36,572 nucleotides of DNA from Leptolyngbyaceae cyanobacterium SM1_3_5 (GCA_012031475.1 JAAUTJ010000001.1:1-36572); one strand, 5' to 3'; shown: positions 1 to 11,150, counted from the stretch's first letter. The notes: a model not told the origin generated them from the sequence alone. Made by a program: numbers and translations.

Positions 1-760
1 GATTACGAGGCCATCATCGTCGTCGTGTAGAGCGAAATTGGCCGAAAGCAGAGTCGAACGGCGATCGACAATCAGGGGAAGCGAGCAGACTGCTCAGCAG
101 GCGCGAAAAACTGCGTCAGAGTGGAGACAAAAAAAAGTGATCGCCAGCAAAAATCCCAAAGCCGATCGGCAGCGTCCCCAGCGGTGACCAGCCCTGCGTC
201 AGCCACAGCAAGGGCGGCAGCAGCAGAACCAATCCGCCGCGCAGCAGGTTCGTGGCGACGAGGACAAATTTTTTCGGCCAGTGATCAACATAGACTCCGG
301 CGATCGAGCCAAACAGCATGGCAGGAATTGTCGAGGCGATCATCACCGAGGACACCCAGCCCGAAATCGGCTGTCCGGCGACCTGAAAGCGATCGCCAAT
401 CAGCATGATCATCAGCACGAGGTAAACTTTATCGGCCAGTTGCGAAAAGACCTGTCCGCCCCAGAGCGCGAGGAAATTCACGTTGCGGAGGACGGGGAGG
501 AAGCCTTCTTGAAGTTCCTCGATCGGATGCTCTTCGCCTTCCGGCTGGGCGATTTCGTCAGCAATTTCCTCAACCAGTTCCGAAATTGCTTCGAGCGCTT
601 CAACCATGTCGCCGCCCGGAAAGGTCAGCGGTTCGGGTAAAGAGCGCGGCACGTCGCTTTTTCGGGGTGGGGGCTGAGTAGGAGAAAAGCCGTTTTCGGC
701 TCCGGCTGGGCTGAACTGGGGCAGGCGGTTTTCAAGATCAAAATCGAATCTTGGGGTCAT
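1..760 (-). CDS. MFS transporter, runs off left edge; frameshift near the A-run at 128-136
   Basis: ORF 116..760 has [17 protein letters not shown] and motif-A-like [11 protein letters not shown]. Hydrophobic MFS-like sequence continues in another frame to base 1. Confidence 0.85.
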
Positions 761-769
761 GGCGATCGA

Positions 770-1674
770 CTAAACGAAAGTTTCAACAGGAGCAAAGCAG
801 GCATCAAGCAAAGTGGCCGAGCGAATCGGTTTCTCGAAATAAAATTCGGCACAGTAGCGCAAAATCTGCTCGATCGTGTGCCAAGCGGGATCGCTCGGTT
901 CGGGCAGATGGTCGGGGGCAAAGGCATCTTGGACGGGGCGATCGGCCAGATGTTGCAGCAGTCCCAATTCCCAAGCGTCAAGCTGAAGCCGCAATTCGGT
1001 CGGCTTCGTCGGTTTGCGACGTAGGAACCGCCCGATTCTGCCGCACGAGTCGCAGCTTCATCCGGCGAACTGGTATCCGGCGAATTCGTATCCGGCGGCA
1101 ATTGCTGCATCGCTTCTAGCGTTACGGTTCCGCCCGTTGCTACGCTGAAGCCGACGCGCCAATCGGGATGAGCAAAGCTGGGGATCAGCGGCACTTGCGT
1201 CACGCAGCAGTGATGAACGATCGGCGCAACTCCGGCCAAGGCAAGCAGTTGAAAGGCGGCCTGTGTCAAGAAGGGCAGCACATGAACGGACGGTAGCTGT
1301 TCAAGCTGGCGCAGATTGTCACAGAGCAAGACGAAGAGTTCTTCCTGGGGCTGATTGCTCAAGGCTTGATAGAGCGCGAGTTCGGCAAGGTACTGGCTGG
1401 CGGTCAGCTTGGTGAGGTCTTGACTGAGCGCGGTGAAGGATTCGATCGCTTCCGCCTGCGTGATTTTATCGAGATTGCGACCTTTGACAATCAGCAAATT
1501 GTTGACGACAAACAGGCCGCTGCGTCCGCGCAAACTCGAATCATGCTTGCGCGATCCGGGCGCGATCGCCCGCACCAAGCCGTACTCACGAGTCAACACC
1601 GTGATCAGCCGATCGGCCTCGCCAAACGGCATCCCCTTGAGGTTAATTCCAATGGCCTTGTAGGTTCCGCTCAT
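770..1674 (-). CDS. recO: DNA repair protein RecO, reconstructed across a frameshift at ~1012
   Basis: N-terminus [41 protein letters not shown]-terminus [20 protein letters not shown] lies in ORF 770..994; one added A in an A-run joins them. Confidence 0.92.
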
Positions 1675-1760
1675 AATCCCCAGCGTGACGCGATCGCACG
1701 GTTACTTTATTCACCGATCGACTCAGTAAGCTTGACCTCGATAAAAGGTAAGACTCTAAG

Positions 1761-2442
1761 CTATTCCTTCTCCAGGTTATCGCGCTGACGGACTAATTCG
1801 GGGCCGCGAGACGTGCCCAATCGCGTTGCACCCGCCAAAATCAGGTCGATCGCCTGCTGGGAAGTGCGGATTCCCCCCGACGCTTTGATCCCGACTCGAT
1901 CGCGGGAGAGTTCCTTTAATAGGCGGACATCTTCGATCGTTGCGCCGCCCTGCCAGCCCGTGCTGGTCTTGAGAAAGGCGACACCCGCATCCAGGCAAAC
2001 CTCCGCCGCTAGCTGCTTCTCTGGATCGGTGAGCAACGACATTTCGAGGATTGCTTTCACGGGCACTCCGGTCGCTTCGACAATTTCGGCCATTTCGCGA
2101 TTCACCTCGCTGCCGCGCCCCATTTTCAGCCAGCCGAGATTGATCACCACATCCAGTTCAGCCGCGCCATTTTCCGCTGCTTCTTGCGCCTCATAAAGCT
2201 TGACGGCGGGCGTGGTTGCCCCGGTTGGAAATCCGATCACCCGTGCAAACTTTTGGAGATTTACCGTTCAGCAGTTCAACGGCTTGGCGGACGTGAACCG
2301 GATAGACGCAAACGGTGGCAAATCGGAAGCGATCGGCCTCTTCGCAAACTTGAATCACATGATCCGTCGTTGCCGCTGGATGCAGCAAAGCATGATCGAT
2401 AAATGGAGCTAAATCAATTTCTTGGGCTGAGCGGACTGCCAT
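1761..2442 (-). CDS. deoC: Deoxyribose-phosphate aldolase, with a one-base insertion at ~2242
   Basis: IDHALLHP...VCVYP (2191..2442) joins VIGFPTG...ELDVVINLG...FLKTSTG...IKASGGIR...RLGTS (1761..2240). Confidence 0.95.
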
Positions 2443-2547
2443 TTGTAAGAACCTCGATCGCGATCGTTAAAAACTGCTTCACCCGCAGTATAGGTTGTTG
2501 AGTCAGCTTGTCTTTGAAAGATCATTAATGTTTTGGTTAGATCTAAT

Positions 2548-2586
2548 AGAAATACAGCGCAAACAGAAATACAGTGCAAACAGAAA
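2548..2586. repeat. 17-bp tandem duplication AGAAATACAG(C/T)GCAAAC, two copies plus a partial third
   Basis: Copies at 2548-2564 and 2565-2581, then AGAAA. Confidence 0.85.
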
Positions 2587-2620
2587 AGCTCCCTCCTCTG
2601 AATGAGAAGAAGGAGCTTTT
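2584..2620 (-). terminator. Intrinsic terminator downstream of the Mn-catalase gene, possibly bidirectional
   Basis: AAAAGCTCC...GGAGCTTTT inverted repeat about 55 bp after the stop codon. Confidence 0.75.
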
Positions 2621-2674
2621 GAGATGAACAAATCAGATGAATAAAGGTTTAGTTCACCTCGATCGACTCAGCGG

Positions 2675-3625
2675 TTATTTACCCGGAATAATCTGATTCA
2701 CAGTATCAGCAACACCATCCACGAGGTTCTTAACTGGGTTGTCGCTCGTCTTTTGGGCAGCGGGCGATTTGGGCGTCCCGTGCAGGCGGGGATCAGGCTG
2801 CGGCGGCTCCAGTGCAGGGCTGAGCGGCTCCGGATCGGAGATGTAGGTGAACTGGCCTTTGCCATCCATCGATCGACCTTTCGACCAGCGACCCTCGGCG
2901 CTATCCGTGCCCTTGGAATGGTTCCAAAACTGATAGGCATATTCGTTCTTCCCGTATTCGTGGGCGATTTTGGGAACAACGGTTTCTTCAAAGCCATCGC
3001 TTTGCAGTTCTTCGATCGCCGCCAACCACTGGTTTTGGTGCATGGTGTCGCGGGCAATCATAAAGCTCAGGTGGTCTCTCACACCCGGATCATCCGACAT
3101 TTCATACAGCCGGACGGTTTGCAAAAGACCTTGCGACTCGGCGTGAAGGTTCGATCGAAAATCGGCCATCAAATTGCCGCTGGCTGTAATGTAGCGACCG
3201 TTCCAGGCATAGCCCACGCTGTCTTCCGGCATCGCACCGCCACCCGAAACGATCGCATGTTTCGGACTCATGCTCGCCGCCATGATGTCCATCATCACGT
3301 CAGTGGGCTTGGTTCCGCCCATGACCGCGCCGACGATCGGGTCTTTCGCACCGTCTTCTTGCAGTTTAATCGGGGCTTTATCAAGCAGATGGGCGACCAT
3401 CGTGGCGAGCATTTCCACGTGACCGATTTCCTCAGTTCCAATATCGAGGAGCATATCGCGGTACTTCGCGGGACCTCGGCAGTTCCAGCCTTGAAACAGG
3501 TACTGCATCATCACGGTCATTTCGCCCATCGGCCCACCGATTAGCTCTTGCAGCTTTTTGGCATAAATGGGATCGGGCGTGGTGGGTGGAGTGAAATACT
3601 GTAGCCGTTTTTCGTGATAGAACAT
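2675..3625 (-). CDS. Manganese catalase family protein
   Basis: MFYHEKRLQY, ELIGGPMGEMTVMMQYLFQGW, DIGTEEIGHVEML, NLHAE and ARDTMHQNQW di-Mn ligand motifs. ATG at 3625 is preferred over the upstream TTG. Confidence 0.92.
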   Translation of the reverse strand: MFYHEKRLQYFTPPTTPDPIYAKKLQELIGGPMGEMTVMMQYLFQGWNCRGPAKYRDMLLDIGTEEIGHVEMLATMVAHLLDKAPIKLQEDGAKDPIVGAVMGGTKPTDVMMDIMAASMSPKHAIVSGGGAMPEDSVGYAWNGRYITASGNLMADFRSNLHAESQGLLQTVRLYEMSDDPGVRDHLSFMIARDTMHQNQWLAAIEELQSDGFEETVVPKIAHEYGKNEYAYQFWNHSKGTDSAEGRWSKGRSMDGKGQFTYISDPEPLSPALEPPQPDPRLHGTPKSPAAQKTSDNPVKNLVDGVADTVNQIIPGK

Positions 3626-3866
3626 GGAAAATTCCTTGACTGTAAATCGTGAGTTGTTATGAGGTGAGAACAAACAGATCTTCTCAAAACAGAAGGAATA
3701 ACGCGCAATATTTGCGTCATTTCTCCTTTCAGGTAACTACTTTGAAATCTTCTGTACCTCAGTCTTTAGAAGGGTAACAACGCACTCAGCAGGAATAAGC
3801 ACTTCTCTCCATCTCCTGAGCTATGTTTGCAGGAATACCTAGGCTGTTTCCATAGCAGCAGAAAAA

Positions 3867-4186
3867 TAATACCAATTTAAACAGTGTTCAGTGCAGATAG
3901 AGCATCCAGAATGAAGGGATAACCTGTGATTGAAGCAATCACTTGAGGGGTTAAATCACGCAGCAGTTGATCGATTTTGGTTTGCAGTTGTTCAAGTGTC
4001 TTGAAGGTCGCCCACTTGAGATCGGCTTTGAGGTGCTGCCATAGCCGCTCAATCGGATTTAGCTCCGGGCAGTACGGCGGTTGGAACAACAAAACGATGT
4101 TTTGTGGCACCACTAAATCATCACCCTTGTGAAAGCGCCCGTTATCCACCTGCACAATGTTGAGACTCTCTGGATAAGCCTTCGAC
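3867..4186 (-). mobile_element. IS630-family remnant: 3' part of the transposase plus one terminus
   Basis: VDNGRFH...FQPPYCPELNPIERLW is the IS630 DDE C-terminus. A terminus-like TA|ATACCAATT sits at 3867. Homology stops at the IS4 inverted repeat. Confidence 0.85.
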
Positions 4187-5270
4187 CAGAAACGTTGAAT
4201 GTAGACACAGAACTTCACACAAAACTAGACCAGTGTCTCCGGCAGCAAATCAAAGCTCCAATGCACAATGGAGCAGTGACGGCTCAATTCCAATTGCAAA
4301 TACCGAAACTTGTCCAACAGTTTATCTCCATAAAATGCCGGGATTTCGATTAACTGTAAGATGAGATAAGCAATCAGCACCATGTAAATTTGTATCGTCA
4401 CTCCATTGATATTTTTGGTCATCAATTTATCGAGCTTGAGGTGCATTTTCAAAAACTTCCACAACACCTCAATCTGCCAACGATATCGATAGGCTTCACT
4501 CACTTCTTCATTACTCATCTGTTCGACATTGGTCGCCAAGCGAAATTCGCTTCGGCTCTCTAAATCGCACAACCAAACAACCCGATACCGCTGATGGTCA
4601 AACTCGGTCTTCATATTGTTCTTGATTCGCACCACAAACAGCGTCTGACTCAATTGGTCAAGAAACTCCCAACTCGCGAAGCCTCTATCCATAATGCCGA
4701 TGCCACCTTCAGGGATCATTCCTGGAATTGATTCTGAGAATTTCGCATCATGCCCCTGGCCGAAATGAATCAAGCATTCGCTGGGATTGTGCTGCTCTAA
4801 ATTGACCCCGCCCAGCAGTTTGACTTGATGAATGCCCTGCATCCAAAACAACTTGCTCGTCAGTGTGACAATGGTTGAGTCAATCGGAAAAAACATCTGT
4901 GCTGCCGCTGGATTTTGTCGCTTGAGTTGCTCAATTAATTGGATGTAGATGCGACAGAACTGCTGATCATGTCTTGTTTTACAAGCTTTAGAAAACGTAG
5001 AGATATCCACTGGAATACCCGTGTGATTCAGCTGGTAAAACAAGTCCCTCATGCTCGTCAAGCCTTTGTCTAACACAAAGGTTAGCCAAATTTCAAAAAA
5101 TAGCCGAGAGTTCAATACTGGGTAATCGTGCGGGCAAAGTTGCTTGAGTATGGATTTGACAAGTTTGGGAAAGGACGGTAGCGTTTGAGCATTGTTTTTG
5201 TTTGTTTGGGGGCTAGAATACGATATTCTGCTCCCATTTTTCTGTATTCAGCTATCTTTCAACACTTCTG
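4187..5270 (-). mobile_element. IS4-family insertion sequence, 1084 bp
   Basis: Imperfect terminal IRs CAGAAACGTTGAA (4187) and CAGAAGTGTTGAA (reverse complement, ending 5270) enclose one DDE transposase. Confidence 0.85.
4225..5184 (-). CDS. IS4-family DDE transposase; start uncertain
   Basis: PIDST, IMDRGF and YRYRWQIEVLWKFLK (YREK signature). The frame stays open upstream of TTG 5115 through ACG-LPSFPKLVKSILKQL at 5184. Confidence 0.85.
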   Translation of the reverse strand, partial: TLPSFPKLVKSILKQLCPHDYPVLNSRLFFEIWLTFVLDKGLTSMRDLFYQLNHTGIPVDISTFSKACKTRHDQQFCRIYIQLIEQLKRQNPAAAQMFFPIDSTIVTLTSKLFWMQGIHQVKLLGGVNLEQHNPSECLIHFGQGHDAKFSESIPGMIPEGGIGIMDRGFASWEFLDQLSQTLFVVRIKNNMKTEFDHQRYRVVWLCDLESRSEFRLATNVEQMSNEEVSEAYRYRWQIEVLWKFLKMHLKLDKLMTKNINGVTIQIYMVLIAYLILQLIEIPAFYGDKLLDKFRYLQLELSRHCSIVHWSFDLLPETLV

Positions 5271-6323
5271 AGTCAAAGCAACAAACGAGCGATCGCCCTC
5301 AGTGCCGCTTTTGTGCCTGCCATTCGCTTCTTAATTCTGCTTGGTTTTGTGACGACGTTGTATCTCGGTGGTCTGGCCGTAATTGACAATCGCCTCTCAG
5401 TCGGAACCTATGGCTTCATGGTGTTTATTGTGCAGCAGTTGCTCTGGCCGTTCACCGAACTGAGCGAAGTTATGGACGAATATCAAAGGGCAATGGCCTC
5501 AATTTGGCGCGTAATCGGGTTACTTGAAACGCCGATCGCGATCGCCACTGGAACGAAAGCTTTGCCGATTCAACGAGTACGAGGCGAGGTCAAGATCGAT
5601 CGCGTCACGTTCACCTATGACGGCTTCGCCCCCGTTCTTAAAAATATCTCGCTGCACATTCCGGCAGGTGCAAACATTGGCATTGTTGGCGTTACGGGGT
5701 CAGGTAAAAGTACTCTAGCAAAACTACTGCTACGGTTTTATGAAGTGCAAGAAGGCAGCATTTCGATCGACGGCATCGAAATTCGATCGCTCCAGCTTCA
5801 AGACCTGCGAGGCTGCATCGGTTGGGTCAGTCAAGACTTATTTTTATTTCACGGAACGGTTGCAGAAAATATTGCTTATGGCCGACTAGATGCCGATCCC
5901 AATCAAATCATTCATGCCGCAAAATTAGCGGAGGCGGATGAATTTATCGATCGACTGCCGCAAGGTTACGACACGATTGTGGGTGAACGCGGCCAGAAGC
6001 TTTCCGGTGGGCAAAGACAGCGAATTGCGATCGCTCGTACCCTGCTGAAAGATCCGCCAATTCTAATTCTGGACGAGGCAACTTCAGCCATTGATAATGA
6101 AACAGAGGCGGCAATTCAAAAGTCTTTGGCCGCGATTACGCGGAATCGAACAACGATCGCGATCGCCCATCGCCTATCTACGATTCGCAACTGCGATCGG
6201 ATTTATGTGATGTCGCAAGGTGAAATTGCCGAGCAGGGAAAACACGATCCGCTAATTGAAATAAACGGCATTTATGCAGGACTATGGCAGGTGCAGGCTG
6301 GACTGCAAGCTGAATTCAACTAA
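5271..6323 (+). pseudogene. 5'-truncated ABC exporter (last TM helices plus intact NBD)
   Basis: The frame begins exactly at the IS end (SQSNKRAIALSAAFVPAIRF). Walker A GVTGSGKST, LSGGQRQR and ILDEATS are present, but most of the TMD is missing. Confidence 0.8.
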
Positions 6324-6440
6324 GCGCTGGCTGGGTGCGATCGTGCGATCGGAACACACATTGGTGTTCCTGAAATGGGGTCGGTAATGATTTGACTATT
6401 CACTTCAAACACATCGCGCACCACCTGCTTTGTCGTTGCG
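6320..6440 (-). pseudogene. C-terminal remnant of a FecE/FhuC-type iron-siderophore ABC ATPase
   Basis: VVRDVFEVNSQIITDPISGTPMCVPIAR resembles the FecE tail; there are no Walker motifs upstream. Confidence 0.6.
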
Positions 6441-6804
6441 GCAGCGATCGCCAAATTGCAGTAGGGCAGCAGCTTCCTGAGCGGGTAAGTTGGTGAAGAG
6501 ATAAGTGGGTTTATGAGGAGCGGAAAAGCCAACGGCGCAGGGGCAATATCTTCGGTGAGCTTTGCTAGCGCACCTCCAACAATGCTAAGGGACAATTACT
6601 TCAGTTGCTCTTGTAAGATTGAAGTAGAACACTTATGATTCTCAAGAAATTTAGATAATCTAGAGGCAATGTTCACTTTCGATCGTTTCCTACTGCAAGC
6701 CCCACTTAGTTGAGTGAACCAGTTGAAGGCCGTTTTCCCTTTGATGCGTCAGTCTTGTGATTGAGCGTTTGTCATTTAGCCTACTTTATATTGTAAATTT
6801 TGCT

Positions 6805-7988
6805 ATGCATTTTCAGCGCATCTCGATTCGGCGATCGATCAGTCGCGCCATCGCGATCGGAGTATGGGGTTCTTGTGTCGCCTGCGGTTCATATGTCGCG
6901 CAGCCACCGCCTCAACCTGCAACTGAGGCTGTCTCTGCGGCCAGCGTCGTTGCTCTGGGGCAAATTGCGCCCGATGGTGAAGTAATCAAGCTCTCAGTTC
7001 CCAACGCTGCCGACAGTCGGGTCAATCAGATTTTGGTGAGAGAAGGCGATCGCGTACAGGCCAATCAGGTGATCGCGATTTTGCAGGGAGCCGATCGCCG
7101 TCAGGCTGACCTGAGAGCCGCCCAAGCAAACGTGCAACTGCTGCGGGCACAACTGGAAAAGGCGAGACAGGGAGACGCCAAGCCCGCTCAATTTGCTGCT
7201 CAGCAGGCCGCGATCGACCGACTCGCAGCGCAATTGCGGACGGAAACCGCTCAGCGGCAGGCCGCGATCGCCAGTGCCCAAGCTGCCCAACAGGAGGCCA
7301 CTTTGATCTATCAGCGTCGGCAAACTTACGGTCAAGACGGTGCAATTTCTCGTGACAATTTGGATGAAGCGCGGCGCAACCTCGACACGGCTGAAGCAGA
7401 GTTGAATCAGCGGCGGGCCGAACTTCAGCAAACGATCGCCACGCTGCAAGCGCAACTCATCGAGGAGCGAGCCAAACTGAGCGAATTGCAGCAGGTGCTT
7501 CCGGTCGATATTGCGATCGCGACAGCGGAACTGGAGAAAGCCCTGATCGAAGTGGAGCAGCGGCGAGCCGATTTGGAAGATGTGCAGGTGCGCGTTCCGA
7601 TCGCGGGGCAAATTCTCAAAATCACACGCGCATCGGTGAGCAGGTGAATACGACTGCGGGCATTGTCGAGCTTGCCAAAACCGATCAAATGTTTGCGATC
7701 GCGGAAGTTTACGAAACTGACATTACCAAAGTCCGTCTGGGACAGCGGGCAACGATCAGCAGCGAGTACGGCGGCTTGCAGGGTGAAATTCGCGGCAGCG
7801 TTGATCAAATCGGCTTGCAGATTGGCAGAACGGAATTGAATCAAGACCAATCCGCGCCAACGACTGATATTAATGCGCGGGTGGTTTCTGTTAAGATTCG
7901 GCTCGATCGCGCCGACAGTCCAAAGGTTGCAGCCTTAACGGGAATGCAGGTTCGAGTCAGGATTGATGTGGCACCAGGCGAGAACTAA
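6805..7988 (+). CDS. devB: DevB-like membrane fusion protein (HlyD family), frameshift at ~7624
   Basis: VVALGQIAPDGEVIKLS, a long coiled coil, VRVPIAGQILKI, then AIAEVYETDITKVRLGQ...LTGMQVRVRI. One added A restores ILKINTRIGEQVNT. Confidence 0.85.
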
Positions 7989-9214
7989 ATGATTAAGTTT
8001 TTCAGGCGATTGTTTCGGAAATTTCAGTTTGAAACGCCGCTTTCCTGGTCGCAACTGTCGCATCAGAAAGTTCGATTAGCTGTGGCAACGACGGGCGTTT
8101 GTTTTGCCAATATTTTAATGTTTACCCAGCTTGGTTTGCAAGCCATGCTCACCGAGGGCACAACGCTTCTACATGAAAGTTTGGGCGGCGATCTCGTGCT
8201 TTTCTCTTCATTCAGCCCGACCTTGCAGTTTGGCATGACCTTTCCCAAAGCTTATTTGGTTCAAGCTGCCGCGATCGATGGCGTTGCTGCTGCCAGTCCG
8301 CTTTATATTAGTTCTGCAAACTGGGTAAATTCGCAAGAATTAGGAGGCGAGCCAGGAGAATTTAATGCCGATTCAACCAGCGATCTATTTGGCAATCAGG
8401 TCAGAATTATCGCCTTTAATCTCAATCAGCCTGTTCTGAATCTTCCTGAAGTCAATCAGCAAATTGCCCAGCTTAGTGCGCCCGATGCCGTTCTGTTCGA
8501 TCGCCTCTCGCAAGCGTCACTTGGTGCAGTTCCCGATCAGCTTGTTCAGCAAAAAGAAGTAATGACGCTAATGGGAAATCGGCGCGTTTATGCGGTTGGC
8601 CTTTTTAGTATGGGCAGTACTTTGTTTGAAAAGGGCAATGTAATCATGAGCGATTGGAATTATGCTCAGCGTGAAGGAAATACTCTCGATCGCGTCACAG
8701 TTGGAGTTTTGACGCTGCAACCTGGAACTGATATCAGCACCGTTCAATCTGCCTTGCGATCACGCCTGCCTGAAGAAGTTACGGTATTGACTCGCGAGGA
8801 ATTCATTCAGCAGGAAAAGCAGTTTCAAAACTCAGAACCAAATGGCGTCATTCTTAAGTTTGGTACGATCGTCGGCTTTGTAGTTGGAGTAATTATCGTC
8901 TATCAAGTTCTTTATGCTGATATTAACGATCACCTGTCAGAATATGCCACGCTTAAAGCAATGGGCTATTCCGATCGCGCCCTGCTATTTGTTGTTCTGC
9001 AAGAAGCAATCATTCTCGCAATTTTAGGATTTCTACCCGGATTTCTAGCTTCACTAGGAATCTATCAACTGCTCACAGTTTTAACTCGAATTCCGCTGGC
9101 AATGAGAACAGGTGTTGCAGTTCAGGTGTTTATTTTGACGGTAATTATGTGCGGTGTTTCAGGTGCGATCGCACCAGCCGCTTGCGTTCTGCCGATCCTG
9201 CGGATGTATTCTAA
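7989..9214 (+). CDS. devC: DevC-like ABC permease (FtsX type), frameshift at ~9172
   Basis: TPLSWSQLSHQKVRL and VYQVLYADINDHLSEYATLKAMGY. The canonical end RLRSADPADVF* is in the shifted frame, stop at 9212-9214. Confidence 0.88.
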
Positions 9215-9220
9215 GAAGTT

Positions 9221-9892
9221 ATGGAATCTGTTGTCGCCATTCATCAGCTTAGCCATGCTTTCGGTAAAGGCCGATTGCGAAAGCCTGTTCTGACGAACAT
9301 TGATTTGAATCTTTATTCGGGCGAAATTGTCTTACTCACTGGCCCGTCGGGAAGCGGTAAAACAACGTTGCTCACTTTAATTGGGGCACTGCGATCGCTC
9401 CAGCAAGGTAGCCTTAAAATCCTGGGGCAAGAGCTACACGGCGCGAGAAAACACCATCAGATTCAGGTGCGAAATCAAATTGGCTTTATCTTTCAATCCC
9501 ACAATCTACTGAAGTGCTTGACGGCGCAAGAAAATGTAAAAATGTCGCTGAAACTGCACAAGCATATCTCTTTTGTGCAGCGACAAAGGCGATCGATCGC
9601 GATGCTCGAAGCCGTTGGACTGGGTGAATTTGTAAATGCCTATCCTGACAATCTTTCTGGTGGACAAAAGCAGCGAGTCGCGATCGCTCGTGCCTTAGTG
9701 AGCCATCCGAAATTGATATTAGCCGATGAACCAACCGCCGCACTAGATAGCCAATCTGGGCGCGATGTTGTTGATTTGCTGCAACGCTTAGCGAAAGAAG
9801 AAGGCTGTACGGTTTTATTAGTGACGCATGACAATCGTATTCTCGATATTGCCGATCGCATTCTCCAGATTGAAGATGGCAGATTGATTTAA
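9221..9892 (+). CDS. devA: DevA-like ABC ATP-binding protein
   Basis: GPSGSGKTT, LSGGQKQRVAIARAL, LADEPTAALD and VTHDNRILDIADRI. Confidence 0.92.
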   Translation: MESVVAIHQLSHAFGKGRLRKPVLTNIDLNLYSGEIVLLTGPSGSGKTTLLTLIGALRSLQQGSLKILGQELHGARKHHQIQVRNQIGFIFQSHNLLKCLTAQENVKMSLKLHKHISFVQRQRRSIAMLEAVGLGEFVNAYPDNLSGGQKQRVAIARALVSHPKLILADEPTAALDSQSGRDVVDLLQRLAKEEGCTVLLVTHDNRILDIADRILQIEDGRLI

Positions 9893-11109
9893 TCTGGGCG
9901 ATTCGATCGCGACTGTGCGATTATCAACAGGCCGATCGCTAATACAGCGAAACCACTTCCAACCCCAAAAGCGGATCGAGAACTTACCTGCTGCCATAGC
10001 CAACCTGTAAGTAAACTAGCAGGCAATAAGGCGATTCCCGTTACAAGATTGATTAGCCCGAATGCTGTACCCCGCAGTTCCGCCGGAACGCGATCGGCCA
10101 CGATCGCCAGCAGCACCCCTTGACTCATTCCTAAGTACAATCCATAAAACGCAAACAGTGTCCAAATCTGCCAGGGTGCAGTTGCGAATGCAAAGCCTAA
10201 ATACACGAGCGCAAAGATAATGAATCCACTGATTAATAGGCCGAAACGACCGATGCGATCGGACAGAACACCCGCAGGATAGGCGCTGCTTCCATAGGTA
10301 AGATTGCTAACAACAAAGAGCAGCGGAATCGTAACCGTTGAAAGTCCAGCTTCTTGCGCTTTGAGTAATAGAAATGCATCGCTGGAATTGCCCAAGTTAA
10401 ACAGCAAAGCGGCGACGACGACCAGCCAGTAGGATCGATCGAAACTTCGCAAAGCGCTCCAATCTAGCGGATTGCGACGAGTCGAGGAGATGGACGGTTC
10501 GCGGATACCAATGACCAATAGCAACACGCCGATCGCAGCGGGAATTGTTGCGAGCCAGAAGACCAAGCGGAAGTTCTGCTCGGACTGCAACAGCACTGCC
10601 GCCGCGATCAATGGGCCAGTGAATGCGCCAATCGTATCGAGCGACTGCCGCAGACCGAAGGCGGCTCCGCGAGATTGGGCGGGCGTGGTGTCGGCAACGA
10701 GGGCATTGCGCGGCGCGACTCGAATGCCTTTGCCGAAGCGATCGCCAAACCGCGCCACCAGCACCCAAGCCGGACTGCTGGCAAGGGCAAACAGCGGCGT
10801 GACGAGGGCGGAAAGTCCGTAGCCTGCGATCGCCAGTTGCTTGCGTCGTCCCCAATAATCACTGAGCGCCCCGGAAAAGATTTTAAGAATCGAGGCGGTG
10901 GCTTCCGCAATGCCCTCGATCAGTCCGACTGTGACGAGATTGCTGCCCAGCACGGCGACGAGAAACAGCGGCAACGTGGACTGCACCATCTTGGAACTGA
11001 TGTCGGTCAGGAGACTGACGAAGCCCAACACCCAAACGGTTCGCGGAATGCGTGATTGTGAGATTTTTAGCATTGGAGGAATGGGGGTGATCGAGTGGGG
11101 TTGGGACAA
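9889..11109 (-). CDS. MFS transporter
   Basis: 406 aa, about 12 hydrophobic segments, GALSDYWGRRK and GVLSDRIGR motif A, DRFGKGIRVAPR. Confidence 0.9.
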   Translation of the reverse strand: MSQPHSITPIPPMLKISQSRIPRTVWVLGFVSLLTDISSKMVQSTLPLFLVAVLGSNLVTVGLIEGIAEATASILKIFSGALSDYWGRRKQLAIAGYGLSALVTPLFALASSPAWVLVARFGDRFGKGIRVAPRNALVADTTPAQSRGAAFGLRQSLDTIGAFTGPLIAAAVLLQSEQNFRLVFWLATIPAAIGVLLLVIGIREPSISSTRRNPLDWSALRSFDRSYWLVVVAALLFNLGNSSDAFLLLKAQEAGLSTVTIPLLFVVSNLTYGSSAYPAGVLSDRIGRFGLLISGFIIFALVYLGFAFATAPWQIWTLFAFYGLYLGMSQGVLLAIVADRVPAELRGTAFGLINLVTGIALLPASLLTGWLWQQVSSRSAFGVGSGFAVLAIGLLIIAQSRSNRPD

Positions 11110-11150
11110 TGGCCGCCAAACTTCTATGCGGCGATCGTATGCAGCAATCT

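Noticed and set aside
2753-3544. 263-aa plus-strand ORF
   Set aside because: It is antisense to the clearly conserved Mn-catalase.
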